Assembly: GCA_963728565.1 (NCBI GenBank)
Contig: CAVSLC010000004.1
Span: 1-64,000, forward strand
Reading direction: 5' to 3'
Length of the DNA stretch: 64,000 nucleotides
Origin: an uncultured delta proteobacterium
GTDB lineage: Bacteria > Desulfobacterota > Binatia > UBA9968
Shown here: positions 51,858-60,054 of the stretch, in pieces
How positions within the stretch are numbered: position 1 is the first letter of the stretch
Layout: each line of letters begins with the position of its first letter
Notes under the pieces: generated by a model
What the model saw: only the letters and a program-made list of their open reading frames with translations
Told to the model about the DNA's origin: nothing
The model's database searches: none
Translations under genes and position numbers: made by a program

Positions 51858-52124
51858 ATGGCAAGAAAGCATTCGTTGGTTTTTAGAGGTATTTCGAATG
51901 TCGCTCATCATCGCAGCATCTTTCTGCTACGGCATACAGAAGACCTCTTTAGAAACTTTCGGCGGGTCGCCAGCTACCTTAATTTTTGTACACCAGTGCT
52001 GTCGCGAATTTCGACTCCAATTATGGTGGCGATGGGTATTCTGGCGGTTACTGCTCTGGTTGTCACGGTGATCTACGAACGCGCCTCCGTTTTCTTGTCG
52101 GTGGTCCGCAGTGTCGTCGATTAG
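51858..52124 (+). CDS. possible small membrane protein
   Basis: Follows the previous gene by 15 nt with AAGGA upstream; one hydrophobic helix; no recognised domain. Confidence 0.3.
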   Translation: MARKHSLVFRGISNVAHHRSIFLLRHTEDLFRNFRRVASYLNFCTPVLSRISTPIMVAMGILAVTALVVTVIYERASVFLSVVRSVVD

Positions 52125-52269
52125 ACGCGGGAATTTTTTCCACGCAACGGGCTGCCGGTGATTCGAAAGCGCGCGCCTATTTAGGGGTTCAGCAAACAGG
52201 TATTCATAACTAACTAAGTGCAGGGCGGACTCGCTTGTCCACCCTGCACGCTCCATCGCGGTTTGAACG

Positions 52270-52740
52270 TTAACGCCGTGACGCTTCTCTGCCTGAAGGC
52301 ACGCGCGTCCACGTGGTTCCATTCTCCCACTCGATTCTGTCGCGTCGAACGTTGCCTCGTAGACCACGTTCCCAATCACGGGCATTAACCTCGCCATTCC
52401 GACTAATTTCCAGCCGGCTAGAATCACCCCGCTCATTCTTGGCCTCGAGCCCATCCCGAGAAGAAATGATTTGGGTACGCTTATCGCGGTCCCCATTCAA
52501 GTACCAGGTGCCCTCCAAGTCGCGCAGATCATCTCTCGAGCTTGCGGTAGTGCCATTGATTATTCCATCCCACCAGTTTCCCCGACGATCATCTCGCCGA
52601 TCGTCTCTGCGATCATACCTCCCATCATCTCTCCGGTCGTAGCGGCGATCATCTCTTCTATCATCCTGCGCGCTGGCCATTGGAATATGCATCAATGCTG
52701 CAATCAAACCTGCCGACAATAGTACGCTTATATTTTTCAT
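52270..52740 (-). CDS. secreted protein with (D/Y)DRR repeat and conserved ~75-aa beta-rich domain (paralogue A)
   Basis: AGGAGG RBS before ATG 52740; signal peptide ending ASA; domain shared with 52974..53351. Confidence 0.8.
   Translation of the reverse strand: MKNISVLLSAGLIAALMHIPMASAQDDRRDDRRYDRRDDGRYDRRDDRRDDRRGNWWDGIINGTTASSRDDLRDLEGTWYLNGDRDKRTQIISSRDGLEAKNERGDSSRLEISRNGEVNARDWERGLRGNVRRDRIEWENGTTWTRVPSGREASRR
52582..52665 (-). repeat. seven tetrapeptide units DDRRDDRRYDRRDDGRYDRRDDRRDDRR
   Basis: 12-bp period, degenerate at synonymous positions. Confidence 0.85.
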
Positions 52741-52767
52741 GATTTTTCCTCCTGGCTGCTCGAATTT

Positions 52768-52783
52768 CGCAACCGTCATGCCA
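52768..52783 (-). promoter_or_regulatory. sigma54 (-24/-12) promoter of paralogue A
   Basis: TGGCAT-GACGG-TTGCG; predicted start ~52757, just before the RBS. Confidence 0.7.
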
Positions 52784-52910
52784 CGCTCGATAAACTCGCC
52801 TGTTCGCGCTTAGCATTCTTCGATGTGCCGGTGGCGGGACGAATTAAAAGCGGGTGAACCAGCGGAGGCACACTTGACTTAGAGGAGCGGTTGAACAAAA
52901 TCTAGAGCTC

Positions 52911-52955
52911 AAAACGAAAGGGGCCATCTCGCATCAATCGGAGACGGCCCTTTTT
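52911..52955 (-). terminator. intrinsic terminator after paralogue B
   Basis: Minus-strand stem GGGCCGTCTC/GAGATGGCCC (one G-U pair, a mismatch on the plus strand) followed by CTTTCGTTTT. Confidence 0.65.
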
Positions 52956-52973
52956 CAATCAGGAACAATCAGG

Positions 52974-53351
52974 TTAATATCGTCTGCCAGTCCGATAGCT
53001 GGGTTCCCGGGTCCACGTGGTGCCGTTTTCCCATTCAATGCGACCGCGTCGAACATCCCCGCGCAGGCCACCCTCCCAATCCCGAGCGTAAACGTCGCCG
53101 CTCCGGCTAATTTCTAAACGCGTAGTCTGACCGTTTTCGTTTCTGGCCACGAGTCCACGGCGCGAAGCGTTTATTTCGGTTTTTCTAGATCGCTCACCGT
53201 TTAGATACCATGTGCCTTCCAATGGCTGCGGAGCATTCCTGTTATTTCTCCACGAAGGCCAACCGTAACCCTGCGCTGAAACGGTGCTCGGACTGTTCAC
53301 GATTCCAATCGCTAGAGCTAAGAGCAATCCAATTAAAGTAGCCTTATTCAT
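52974..53351 (-). CDS. secreted protein, paralogue B
   Basis: GGAGG RBS; signal peptide ending VSA; LEGTWYLNG...RIEWENGTTWTR domain. Confidence 0.8.
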   Translation of the reverse strand: MNKATLIGLLLALAIGIVNSPSTVSAQGYGWPSWRNNRNAPQPLEGTWYLNGERSRKTEINASRRGLVARNENGQTTRLEISRSGDVYARDWEGGLRGDVRRGRIEWENGTTWTREPSYRTGRRY

Positions 53352-53428
53352 GATTGAACCCTCCTACAAGTTAGCTGCCAAATACTCTTCCCGAAGTAAT
53401 CTCATCTATTTCACACCGATCCGCTTCA

Positions 53429-53458
53429 TTAGACGGTTTACCTTTCCGTTAGTTTACC
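53429..53458 (-). promoter_or_regulatory. ECF-sigma promoter of paralogue B
   Basis: GGTAAAC-N16-CGTCTAA, matching the motif upstream of the ECF sigma gene. Confidence 0.7.
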
Positions 53459-53686
53459 TCCGGCTTGAGCGAGTTTTTGGCATCGGGCGGTAAATCGCTC
53501 GCGACAAAAAAATGAAAGTCCGCAAAACAGAAGGGTCGATCTTCTCAGACTACAAAATCAACAGGCGTCGAATGCTATGATGGGGTTACACCGGCGCAAT
53601 TATCGCGCGCCAGCAAATTGACTCGCTCCGGGGCTTGTTTAAGAACGTTCAGCTCCCAGTGACGTGGCGCGGTGCGGCGATGAAGC

Positions 53687-53959
53687 TTACCTATTGTCGC
53701 GACGCTGCCGTTGCTCTTCATAACGCTGCTTGAGCCTATCCCGGCGATCCTGCGGTAGACGCTGCCAGCGGTCCCACTCCTCACGCAAGTGCTCCTTGTC
53801 TTGAGGCGGGAGATTTTGCCATCGCTGGTAATTCCGTAACACTTTATCTTTTTCTTTGGGGCTTAAGTTGCGCCAGTTATCGCCGCCATTAGCTGCCCAT
53901 CCGGCCAGTGGCGACAGCAACAATGCGGCGAACAATAGCGAAACAAGAACGTGTTTCAT
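53687..53959 (-). CDS. DUF3106-like exported helical protein
   Basis: Signal peptide; repeated WxxLxPxx(K/R) units; third gene of the ECF operon. Confidence 0.75.
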   Translation of the reverse strand: MKHVLVSLLFAALLLSPLAGWAANGGDNWRNLSPKEKDKVLRNYQRWQNLPPQDKEHLREEWDRWQRLPQDRRDRLKQRYEEQRQRRDNR

Positions 53960-54021
53960 CTGATGATCAGCTCTCCAAAAATAGTCTTGATAATCTGATA
54001 ATTCATCGGCCGAGCCTCGCC

Positions 54022-54543
54022 TCAAACGGCATGGGCCTCGGCTTTGCTGGTTTCCAGCCCTTCAAGCCCGCTCAAGGCTTCCAGCATGTCGAGTGATCTA
54101 AAGAACTCCAACTGTTCGGTGTCGGTCACTATTTCCCTGGGAATTCTTTCTTGCGGTTGGTTGTAGAGCGAACTTAGACTTCCCTTGCTTAGAACCACGC
54201 CGAAAGCCAGAGCAGCAATAACCGCTGTGCCAAACGCAGGAATCATCCACGTGCGCATGGGCACAAAAAGTTTGCGCCAGTAGGATTTTCGCTCGCGCTG
54301 ATGCCTTAACTTGGCGATGGTCTCCCGATAGTAATCGTCCCAGAACGACTGCGGAAGCTCTTCGGGCAGCGCCATCTGCGGCAGCAATCGATGTAAATCT
54401 TCAATAAAGCGGCCGCAACCGCCGCAATCGCCGAGATGCTGTTGGAGCCGGCGCTTTTCCTGATCAGCGATTTCGCCGTAATAGTAGAGCACCAAATCCT
54501 CTTCCAGCTCTTTGCACATGGTTTCCAACTTTTTCGCAGCCAT
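54022..54543 (-). CDS. membrane-bound zinc-finger (ZAS/zf-HC2) anti-sigma factor
   Basis: HLGDCGGC (HxxxCxxC), one TM helix, directly after the ECF sigma gene. Confidence 0.88.
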   Translation of the reverse strand: MAAKKLETMCKELEEDLVLYYYGEIADQEKRRLQQHLGDCGGCGRFIEDLHRLLPQMALPEELPQSFWDDYYRETIAKLRHQRERKSYWRKLFVPMRTWMIPAFGTAVIAALAFGVVLSKGSLSSLYNQPQERIPREIVTDTEQLEFFRSLDMLEALSGLEGLETSKAEAHAV

Positions 54544-54557
54544 TATCGTTACTCTCC

Positions 54558-55106
54558 CTAAACAAACTCAACCAGACACTGGCGCAACGCCGCTACCGCG
54601 CGATGCAAGTAGACTCGAACGGTTCCTTCGGTAGTCTTCATGACTTTGGCGATATCTGCGATGGGCAGGCCTTCATGGTTTCGCAAGATAAAAGCCGTGC
54701 GCTGTTTGTTTGGCATGGCATCCAAAGTCTTGTCCACACGCCGCTTGGTCTCCCCGGCAATTGCTTCCTGGTCCGGACCGGAGGTATTATCCGTCAGCTC
54801 CTTCCGCTCCCGTTCGTCATCCCGTTCGCTTTCGAGCCGTTCCCAAACGACCTTCCCTTTTCGCCGCGTGTGATCCAAACAGAGATTGACGACCAAACGA
54901 TAGAACCAAGTGTAAAAACTCGAGCGCCCGTCGAACTGCTTGATGCGTGAGAAAGCTCGCAAAAAAGCCTCCTGGGAAAGATCTTTGGCCTCTTCCGTAT
55001 CCCGCGTAAAATCCAGGGCGATCCGGAAGGCTTTCTCCATGTAACGACGGACAAGTATCTCAAAGAACTTACCCTCGCCCTGCTGACACAGTGCCACAAG
55101 CTCCAT
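54558..55106 (-). CDS. ECF sigma-70 factor
   Basis: EAKDLSQEAF, FDGRSSFYTW.YR..VN, region 4 IADIAKVM....GTVRV.LHRA. The frame stays open upstream (EDLPD before the Met), so the start may be slightly earlier. Confidence 0.95.
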   Translation of the reverse strand: MELVALCQQGEGKFFEILVRRYMEKAFRIALDFTRDTEEAKDLSQEAFLRAFSRIKQFDGRSSFYTWFYRLVVNLCLDHTRRKGKVVWERLESERDDERERKELTDNTSGPDQEAIAGETKRRVDKTLDAMPNKQRTAFILRNHEGLPIADIAKVMKTTEGTVRVYLHRAVAALRQCLVEFV

Positions 55107-55195
55107 ATCGGGAAGATCTTCCGGCGAACGATTTCCAGGCGTTGCGTGAATTGATTTGCCCTGCCTCTGCTCGTGTTCTAAGGGTCCCTAGAGGC

Positions 55196-55225
55196 TTAGA
55201 CGTTCAGCCTTAAAAAAGGTTAACC
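55196..55225 (-). promoter_or_regulatory. autoregulatory ECF promoter
   Basis: GGTTAAC-N16-CGTCTAA upstream of the sigma gene. Confidence 0.7.
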
Positions 55226-55451
55226 GCCCTACCGGCGGCTAAATCCAGCGAGGCGAAAGGACTGGAGGATTGGTCAGTACAGTCGCAATCGGGTGCTACT
55301 GGGGGAACTGCGCGCTGACCAAGAAGGCCAAAAATTGTAGATCAATGGCGGGCCTACACCCGGGTGTTTAGCGCCAAGGCGCATGACCCAGGGACTCAGA
55401 ATTGTACAATCAGTATCAGAAGCGCGCCGGCTGCTCCGACCTCGATTACTG

Positions 55452-56114
55452 CTAGTGCCCCGGTTCCTCGCCGATGCCGACAATCCTGATACTGCCATGC
55501 TTGGATTTGTATTTCCGGTTGAGAGAGATGATGACGCCGGTTAGCCCCTCGATGACATACGCGTTGCTTCCTGGACCGCCGTCGAACGCGCGCGCACCGA
55601 TACGGCGGATAATCTCCATCACTTTCTCCTTGGCATCAGCTTTGTCGCCGCAGACCAATACATCGCCGAGCGGTGAATCCACATCGGCCAAATCGACGGC
55701 CGATATGTTATGAAGCGCGCCGACCACCGGCGCCTCGTCACCGAGAATCTGCTGCGCCTCCTGCAATGCCGAACCGGCTGGCGGCACAAACGGTTTACCC
55801 TTGTTTAATGGCACGACCGTATCGATGATGATTTTTCCGGCTACCTGTCCTTTGATGTCCTGGACCATTTGAGCATGGCCTTCATAAGGGACAGCGATGA
55901 CGACGTAGTCGGCGCCGCGAATCGAATCCTGATTAGTCATGCCGACCATTTCCCCGGCGCGAAGAGTCGGCTTTAAAGTTTCCACCGCTTTCTTGGCTTT
56001 CTCCGCATCGCGCGAACCGATAATGATTCTCACTCCGGGCGCCCCCAAACGGAGCGCCAGCGCGCCGCCTAGATTTCCCGTCCCACCAACAATTGCCACG
56101 CTAAGGTTTTCCAT
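55452..56114 (-). CDS. npdG: NADPH-dependent F420 reductase (Fno/NpdG)
   Basis: GGTGNLG, IGSRDAEKA, DTVVPL, GSALQE, HNISA; in the cof operon. Confidence 0.92.
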   Translation of the reverse strand: MENLSVAIVGGTGNLGGALALRLGAPGVRIIIGSRDAEKAKKAVETLKPTLRAGEMVGMTNQDSIRGADYVVIAVPYEGHAQMVQDIKGQVAGKIIIDTVVPLNKGKPFVPPAGSALQEAQQILGDEAPVVGALHNISAVDLADVDSPLGDVLVCGDKADAKEKVMEIIRRIGARAFDGGPGSNAYVIEGLTGVIISLNRKYKSKHGSIRIVGIGEEPGH

Positions 56115-56124
56115 GTTCTTGATT

Positions 56125-56874
56125 CTACCGGAAAAGATCCTCCGTTTTAGGACGCAGGAGATCCTTCACCGATCCTTCCTCCTTCTCAATCTCACAGCCG
56201 CGCACGACCACGACCGGCAATGCCTCTTTTTTTCTCATCACCAGCTCAGCCGCGGCCGCAATTTCGTCGGCAATCGCCGTTACCGCCGCCCTGAGTTCGT
56301 AACCGTAATGATCCTTTGTTCCACGTTCGTCTTTGATCGGCTTGAGCCCCGCAATCCCCACCGCCACATCAACCGTGCCCAACCGCCATGCACGGCCGAA
56401 ACTGTCGCTAATGATAATCGCTGGAGATAGGCCGACTAGCTCTTTGATTTCAGCGCGGATCTTCCGAGCCGAGGCGTCGGGATCTGTCGGCAACAGCGCG
56501 GCTTTTCCCAACCCTACATTGGAGCAGTCCACGCCTGCGTTAGCACAGACAAAACCGTGATGGGTTTCGACGATCATCGCCCGACCGCCTCGGCGCACAA
56601 TGCGCTGGCTTTCAGACAGAATCAATTCAACCAGGGCAGGATCTTTGTCGAGCTCCCGACCCAATTCCCGCGCATTATCCGACACCAGAACTCCGTCGAG
56701 TGGAAGCAACCTGCCTTCCGATTTGGAGACAATTTTTTGCGCGATGACGAGAACATCATCGGGCTCGAGCACAACACGATTGCGTGAGCAGGCGTCAACA
56801 ATCAGCTTTCCAATCGGATCACCGGCGCCGACCTCGCCGATTCCAGCCAACCCAAAGATCTCTACTCGCTTCAT
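56125..56874 (-). CDS. cofE: coenzyme F420-0:L-glutamate ligase (single domain)
   Basis: QKIVSKSEGR, GFVCANAGVD.SN, LP.DPDASA, SDSFGRAWR.G. Confidence 0.95.
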   Translation of the reverse strand: MKRVEIFGLAGIGEVGAGDPIGKLIVDACSRNRVVLEPDDVLVIAQKIVSKSEGRLLPLDGVLVSDNARELGRELDKDPALVELILSESQRIVRRGGRAMIVETHHGFVCANAGVDCSNVGLGKAALLPTDPDASARKIRAEIKELVGLSPAIIISDSFGRAWRLGTVDVAVGIAGLKPIKDERGTKDHYGYELRAAVTAIADEIAAAAELVMRKKEALPVVVVRGCEIEKEEGSVKDLLRPKTEDLFR

Positions 56875-57560
56875 GCTTCTCCAACGCGCCGGCTCGGTTG
56901 TGAGCGTTGGTCGGCGACAAATCGCCGCAGCGTTTTGAGGGTCGCGCTGCCGTCTCGCGAAATGGCCAGATACCTTTCCAAATCCTTGGGCTCATCGATA
57001 TCCAATGCTATGCGCTCATTCTCGAAGCAACGAACCGGCAAGCCTTGCGCTGAAACCTGGCTTAAATGGTACCTAAAACTGTCGTAGCCGAAGCGCAATT
57101 TGATGATATCAGGCGGGGCTAGAAGCAACGCATTGGTCCCAAGTCGATCGTGAGAAGGAACCAACAAGGCAAACGGCGCGATCTGGCCGTCTGGAACTTG
57201 CGCGAGAACTGATTCGATATCGCCGCTGCGAACCAGCGGCAGGTCGCCGGGAATGATCATTACCGCTTCGTCCCCGCCATCCTTCAAGCTAGTACGGGCA
57301 AAATCCACGGCGGCAGTTTCGCCGGTTTCCGCGTTCTCAAGGATAACTCTTGCGCCCAATGATCCGGCAATCGCCGCGACCTTGTCATCTCCCGTCACCA
57401 CCACTGTTTCTTTTAGCCCATGCGCCTGTAACACTTGGCTCAGCACATCGCGAAACATCGCTTCAGCAAGAGCTTCACGCTCGGCGCTGCCAAGAAGCAC
57501 GCTCAGACGCTGCTTGGCGTTACGAAACCCTTTGACAGGGATAAGGGCGGTTACTTTCAT
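56871..57560 (-). CDS. cofC: 2-phospho-L-lactate/PEP guanylyltransferase
   Basis: IPVK.F..AKQRL, PGDLP, GTNAL, FG.DSF..H, LDID.P.DL. Confidence 0.93.
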   Translation of the reverse strand: MKVTALIPVKGFRNAKQRLSVLLGSAEREALAEAMFRDVLSQVLQAHGLKETVVVTGDDKVAAIAGSLGARVILENAETGETAAVDFARTSLKDGGDEAVMIIPGDLPLVRSGDIESVLAQVPDGQIAPFALLVPSHDRLGTNALLLAPPDIIKLRFGYDSFRYHLSQVSAQGLPVRCFENERIALDIDEPKDLERYLAISRDGSATLKTLRRFVADQRSQPSRRVGEA

Positions 57561-57591
57561 TCATCACCGGAAAATTTTCTTAGCACTATTC

Positions 57592-58512
57592 TTATAGCAA
57601 GGCCAAGACTTGGCGTGCCAACCGCTGCTTGTCGGCCAGGCTGTTCATCCGGATATTTGCCGAAAACGGTTCCACCCCCAGTTCCTTAAGATCGTTCTGA
57701 AGGTACTGGTCTTCCCTATCGATCATTAGAACATCCAGGAGATCGGCGTAGCCCTTGGCCACACCGCTTACCGAAGGCTCCAGGTCGTTAACTGTCATCA
57801 ACATATGGGCCGGACCGCTGATCGCCGATCGCGCGATAATTGGACTGACACCGACGATTTTGCCGCGAGCTTCCCTCAGGGCCTGGCGAATCCCCGGCAC
57901 GGCAAGAATCGGCCCAATGCTTGTGACCGGATTGCTCGGACAAATAACGATCCCGGCAGCGTTGCCAATCGCTTGAAGCACGCGCGGCGCCGGTTTGCTT
58001 TCATCGATGCCGGCGAAGAACACCCGTTTGACTTCCGGCGCCCAGCGCTCGCGCACAAAATATTCCTGGAACGATAGTTCTCCACCCGCCGTGACGATTC
58101 GGGTTTCCACCCGATCGTCCGACATTGGCAGAATCTCCGACTTGACGTCGAGTGCCGTGCGAATCCGCTGTGTCACGTCAGATAAGGGAACCCCTTGTCG
58201 CAAAAGATCGGTGCGCAAAATATGCGTTGCCAAATCTCTATCGCCGAGGTTAAACCACACTTCCTCGCCCAAGCGCCGCAGCTGTTCCAAAGCGACAAAG
58301 CTTTCGCCAGCCAGACCCCAACCTTTTTCTTCGTCGTTGAGACCGGCAAGCGTATAGACAATCGTATCGATATCCGGCGAAACATGGAGTCCATGAAACA
58401 TCGCATCATCCGCGGTATTGCAGATGACGGTCAGGTCGGCGGGATCGATCTCCGCCGCGAGACCTTGAACGAGTTTGGCGCCGCCGGTACCGCCGGTTAA
58501 AGCTAAGATCAT
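57592..58512 (-). CDS. cofD: 2-phospho-L-lactate transferase
   Basis: GGTGGAK, NTADD, SPDIDT..YTL, LGDRD.ATH, FQEYFV, PSNP.TSI.PIL. Confidence 0.96.
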   Translation of the reverse strand: MILALTGGTGGAKLVQGLAAEIDPADLTVICNTADDAMFHGLHVSPDIDTIVYTLAGLNDEEKGWGLAGESFVALEQLRRLGEEVWFNLGDRDLATHILRTDLLRQGVPLSDVTQRIRTALDVKSEILPMSDDRVETRIVTAGGELSFQEYFVRERWAPEVKRVFFAGIDESKPAPRVLQAIGNAAGIVICPSNPVTSIGPILAVPGIRQALREARGKIVGVSPIIARSAISGPAHMLMTVNDLEPSVSGVAKGYADLLDVLMIDREDQYLQNDLKELGVEPFSANIRMNSLADKQRLARQVLALL

Positions 58513-58532
58513 GGCTAAACGGGTCGCGACGG

Positions 58533-59735
58533 CTAGACGTCGAGCGGTTGACTCTCCGGGTTTTTGCCCAGTGGACCATTGTTTTTTACCAGCCCGTCCT
58601 CACCGCATAGTTGGTCGACATAGGGCAGAATACTTGGGGATAGGAATCTATCGGCTTGATGAATGTATTCAGGGTAGATAGGTAATCGCGCCCGCAGCTC
58701 GAATCCCGCCGAGGCGCTCTTTTCGCGTAGTCGCTCTAGCGCCGGCCATGGCGCTTCAGGATTGATGAAGTCCGGGGTCAGCGGCGATACGCCGCCCCAG
58801 TCATTGATGCCGGCTTCCAGGTAAAGCTCATAAGCGTCGGGTGTCAAATTGGGCGGGGCTTGGATATTCATGCGACCGCCGAATATCAAACGCGCCAGAG
58901 CGATGGTTTTCAACATGTCCCCCGGCGCGGGCTCCGGATGAAGACACATCGGGATAGTCGGCTTGACGCGAAAGTTTTGGATAATCACCTCTTGAATATG
59001 GCCGTAACGCTCATGCAGCGCGCGGATCGCAAAAAGCGCGTCGACTCGTTCCGCCCAACTCTCGCCGATGCCGATCAGAATACCCGTGGTAAAAGGAATG
59101 CGAAGCTTGCCGGCCTGCTCAAGAGTGCGTAGACGAACCTTGGGCTTTTTGTCCGGCGCATTATCGTGGGCGCCGCCGCTCAACAACAAGCGCTCGCTGG
59201 TGCTCTCAAGCATCAACCCCATACTGGCATTCACCAGTTTCAAGCGGTGCAAATCACCCCTGCCCATCACCCCAGGATTGGCGTGTGGCAACAACTCGGT
59301 TTCTTCAAGCACCGTTCGGCAGGCTTCAAAGAGATAATCCAAAGTGCGTTGGAACCCGCGTTCGGCTAAGAAGGCCTTCATCGGCGGATAGATCGCCTCA
59401 GGTTTGTCGCCCAAACTGAAAAGCACTTCGGTGCAGCCAAACAATCTTCCATGGCGCGCCACGCGAACCACTTCCTCAAGGGTCATTGTTTTGGCGCCAG
59501 CTTCCTCCGGCGCTTTGCGAAAGGTGCAGTAACCGCAGAAGTCGCGGCACAGATTCGTCAACGGAACAAATACTTTCGGCGAAAAAGTGACCACTCTGCC
59601 TTTGTGCACGTCGCGAAGCTGCGCCGCGGTGGCAAGCAATTCGTGCAATTCGTCTGCTTCGACGTTGCACAGGGCAAGCGCCTCGGATCGCTCGAGCAAT
59701 TTTCCTTGAAGACACTCTTTCAGCGCTTGCTGCAT
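58533..59735 (-). CDS. cofG: FO synthase subunit CofG (radical SAM)
   Basis: KVFVPLTNLCRDFCGYCTF, LPHANPG, PFTTGILIGIGE, QEVIIQNF, IQAPPNL, GINDWGGVSP.T.D. Confidence 0.95.
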   Translation of the reverse strand: MQQALKECLQGKLLERSEALALCNVEADELHELLATAAQLRDVHKGRVVTFSPKVFVPLTNLCRDFCGYCTFRKAPEEAGAKTMTLEEVVRVARHGRLFGCTEVLFSLGDKPEAIYPPMKAFLAERGFQRTLDYLFEACRTVLEETELLPHANPGVMGRGDLHRLKLVNASMGLMLESTSERLLLSGGAHDNAPDKKPKVRLRTLEQAGKLRIPFTTGILIGIGESWAERVDALFAIRALHERYGHIQEVIIQNFRVKPTIPMCLHPEPAPGDMLKTIALARLIFGGRMNIQAPPNLTPDAYELYLEAGINDWGGVSPLTPDFINPEAPWPALERLREKSASAGFELRARLPIYPEYIHQADRFLSPSILPYVDQLCGEDGLVKNNGPLGKNPESQPLDV

Positions 59736-60054
59736 CAGCCTGTTGCATATCGGATCGGCATAGTTGGGTCAACTGCAACTTCAATCGTGAAATCAGCCTG
59801 TCCCGCCAACAAAATGATCAGCAGGTAACGGCCACACATTCTCGAGGTCGTATGGGGATCAAGGACGGCGCTAAACCCAATCAACGGGAGCTCTAATTGC
59901 TCGCTTGAGCAAAGCTATTCTGAATGATACGAGTCTGGCTGGATTAAGCATCTGAATTTCGCCAACAAACGCCGGCACGGTTCGTCAGCCCTGTTGCCGA
60001 ACCGCCGTCGTGAAAAATAAACCATCAGAAAAATGGTCACCGGGGGAACGGGTC

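Noticed and set aside
52121-52150. Third CGTCTAA on the minus strand (and another at 16284-16290 on the plus strand) as ECF promoters
   Set aside because: No GGTWAAC 16 nt upstream and no suitably placed downstream gene.
52582-52665. CRISPR-like or DNA-level tandem array
   Set aside because: 12-bp degenerate period inside a coding region; no spacers and no cas genes.
48845-55200. Integrative element or prophage at tRNA-Leu
   Set aside because: No integrase, transposase or phage gene, and no downstream duplicate of the tRNA 3' end was seen; TCCGGCACCAA near 40920 is upstream and inside a CDS.
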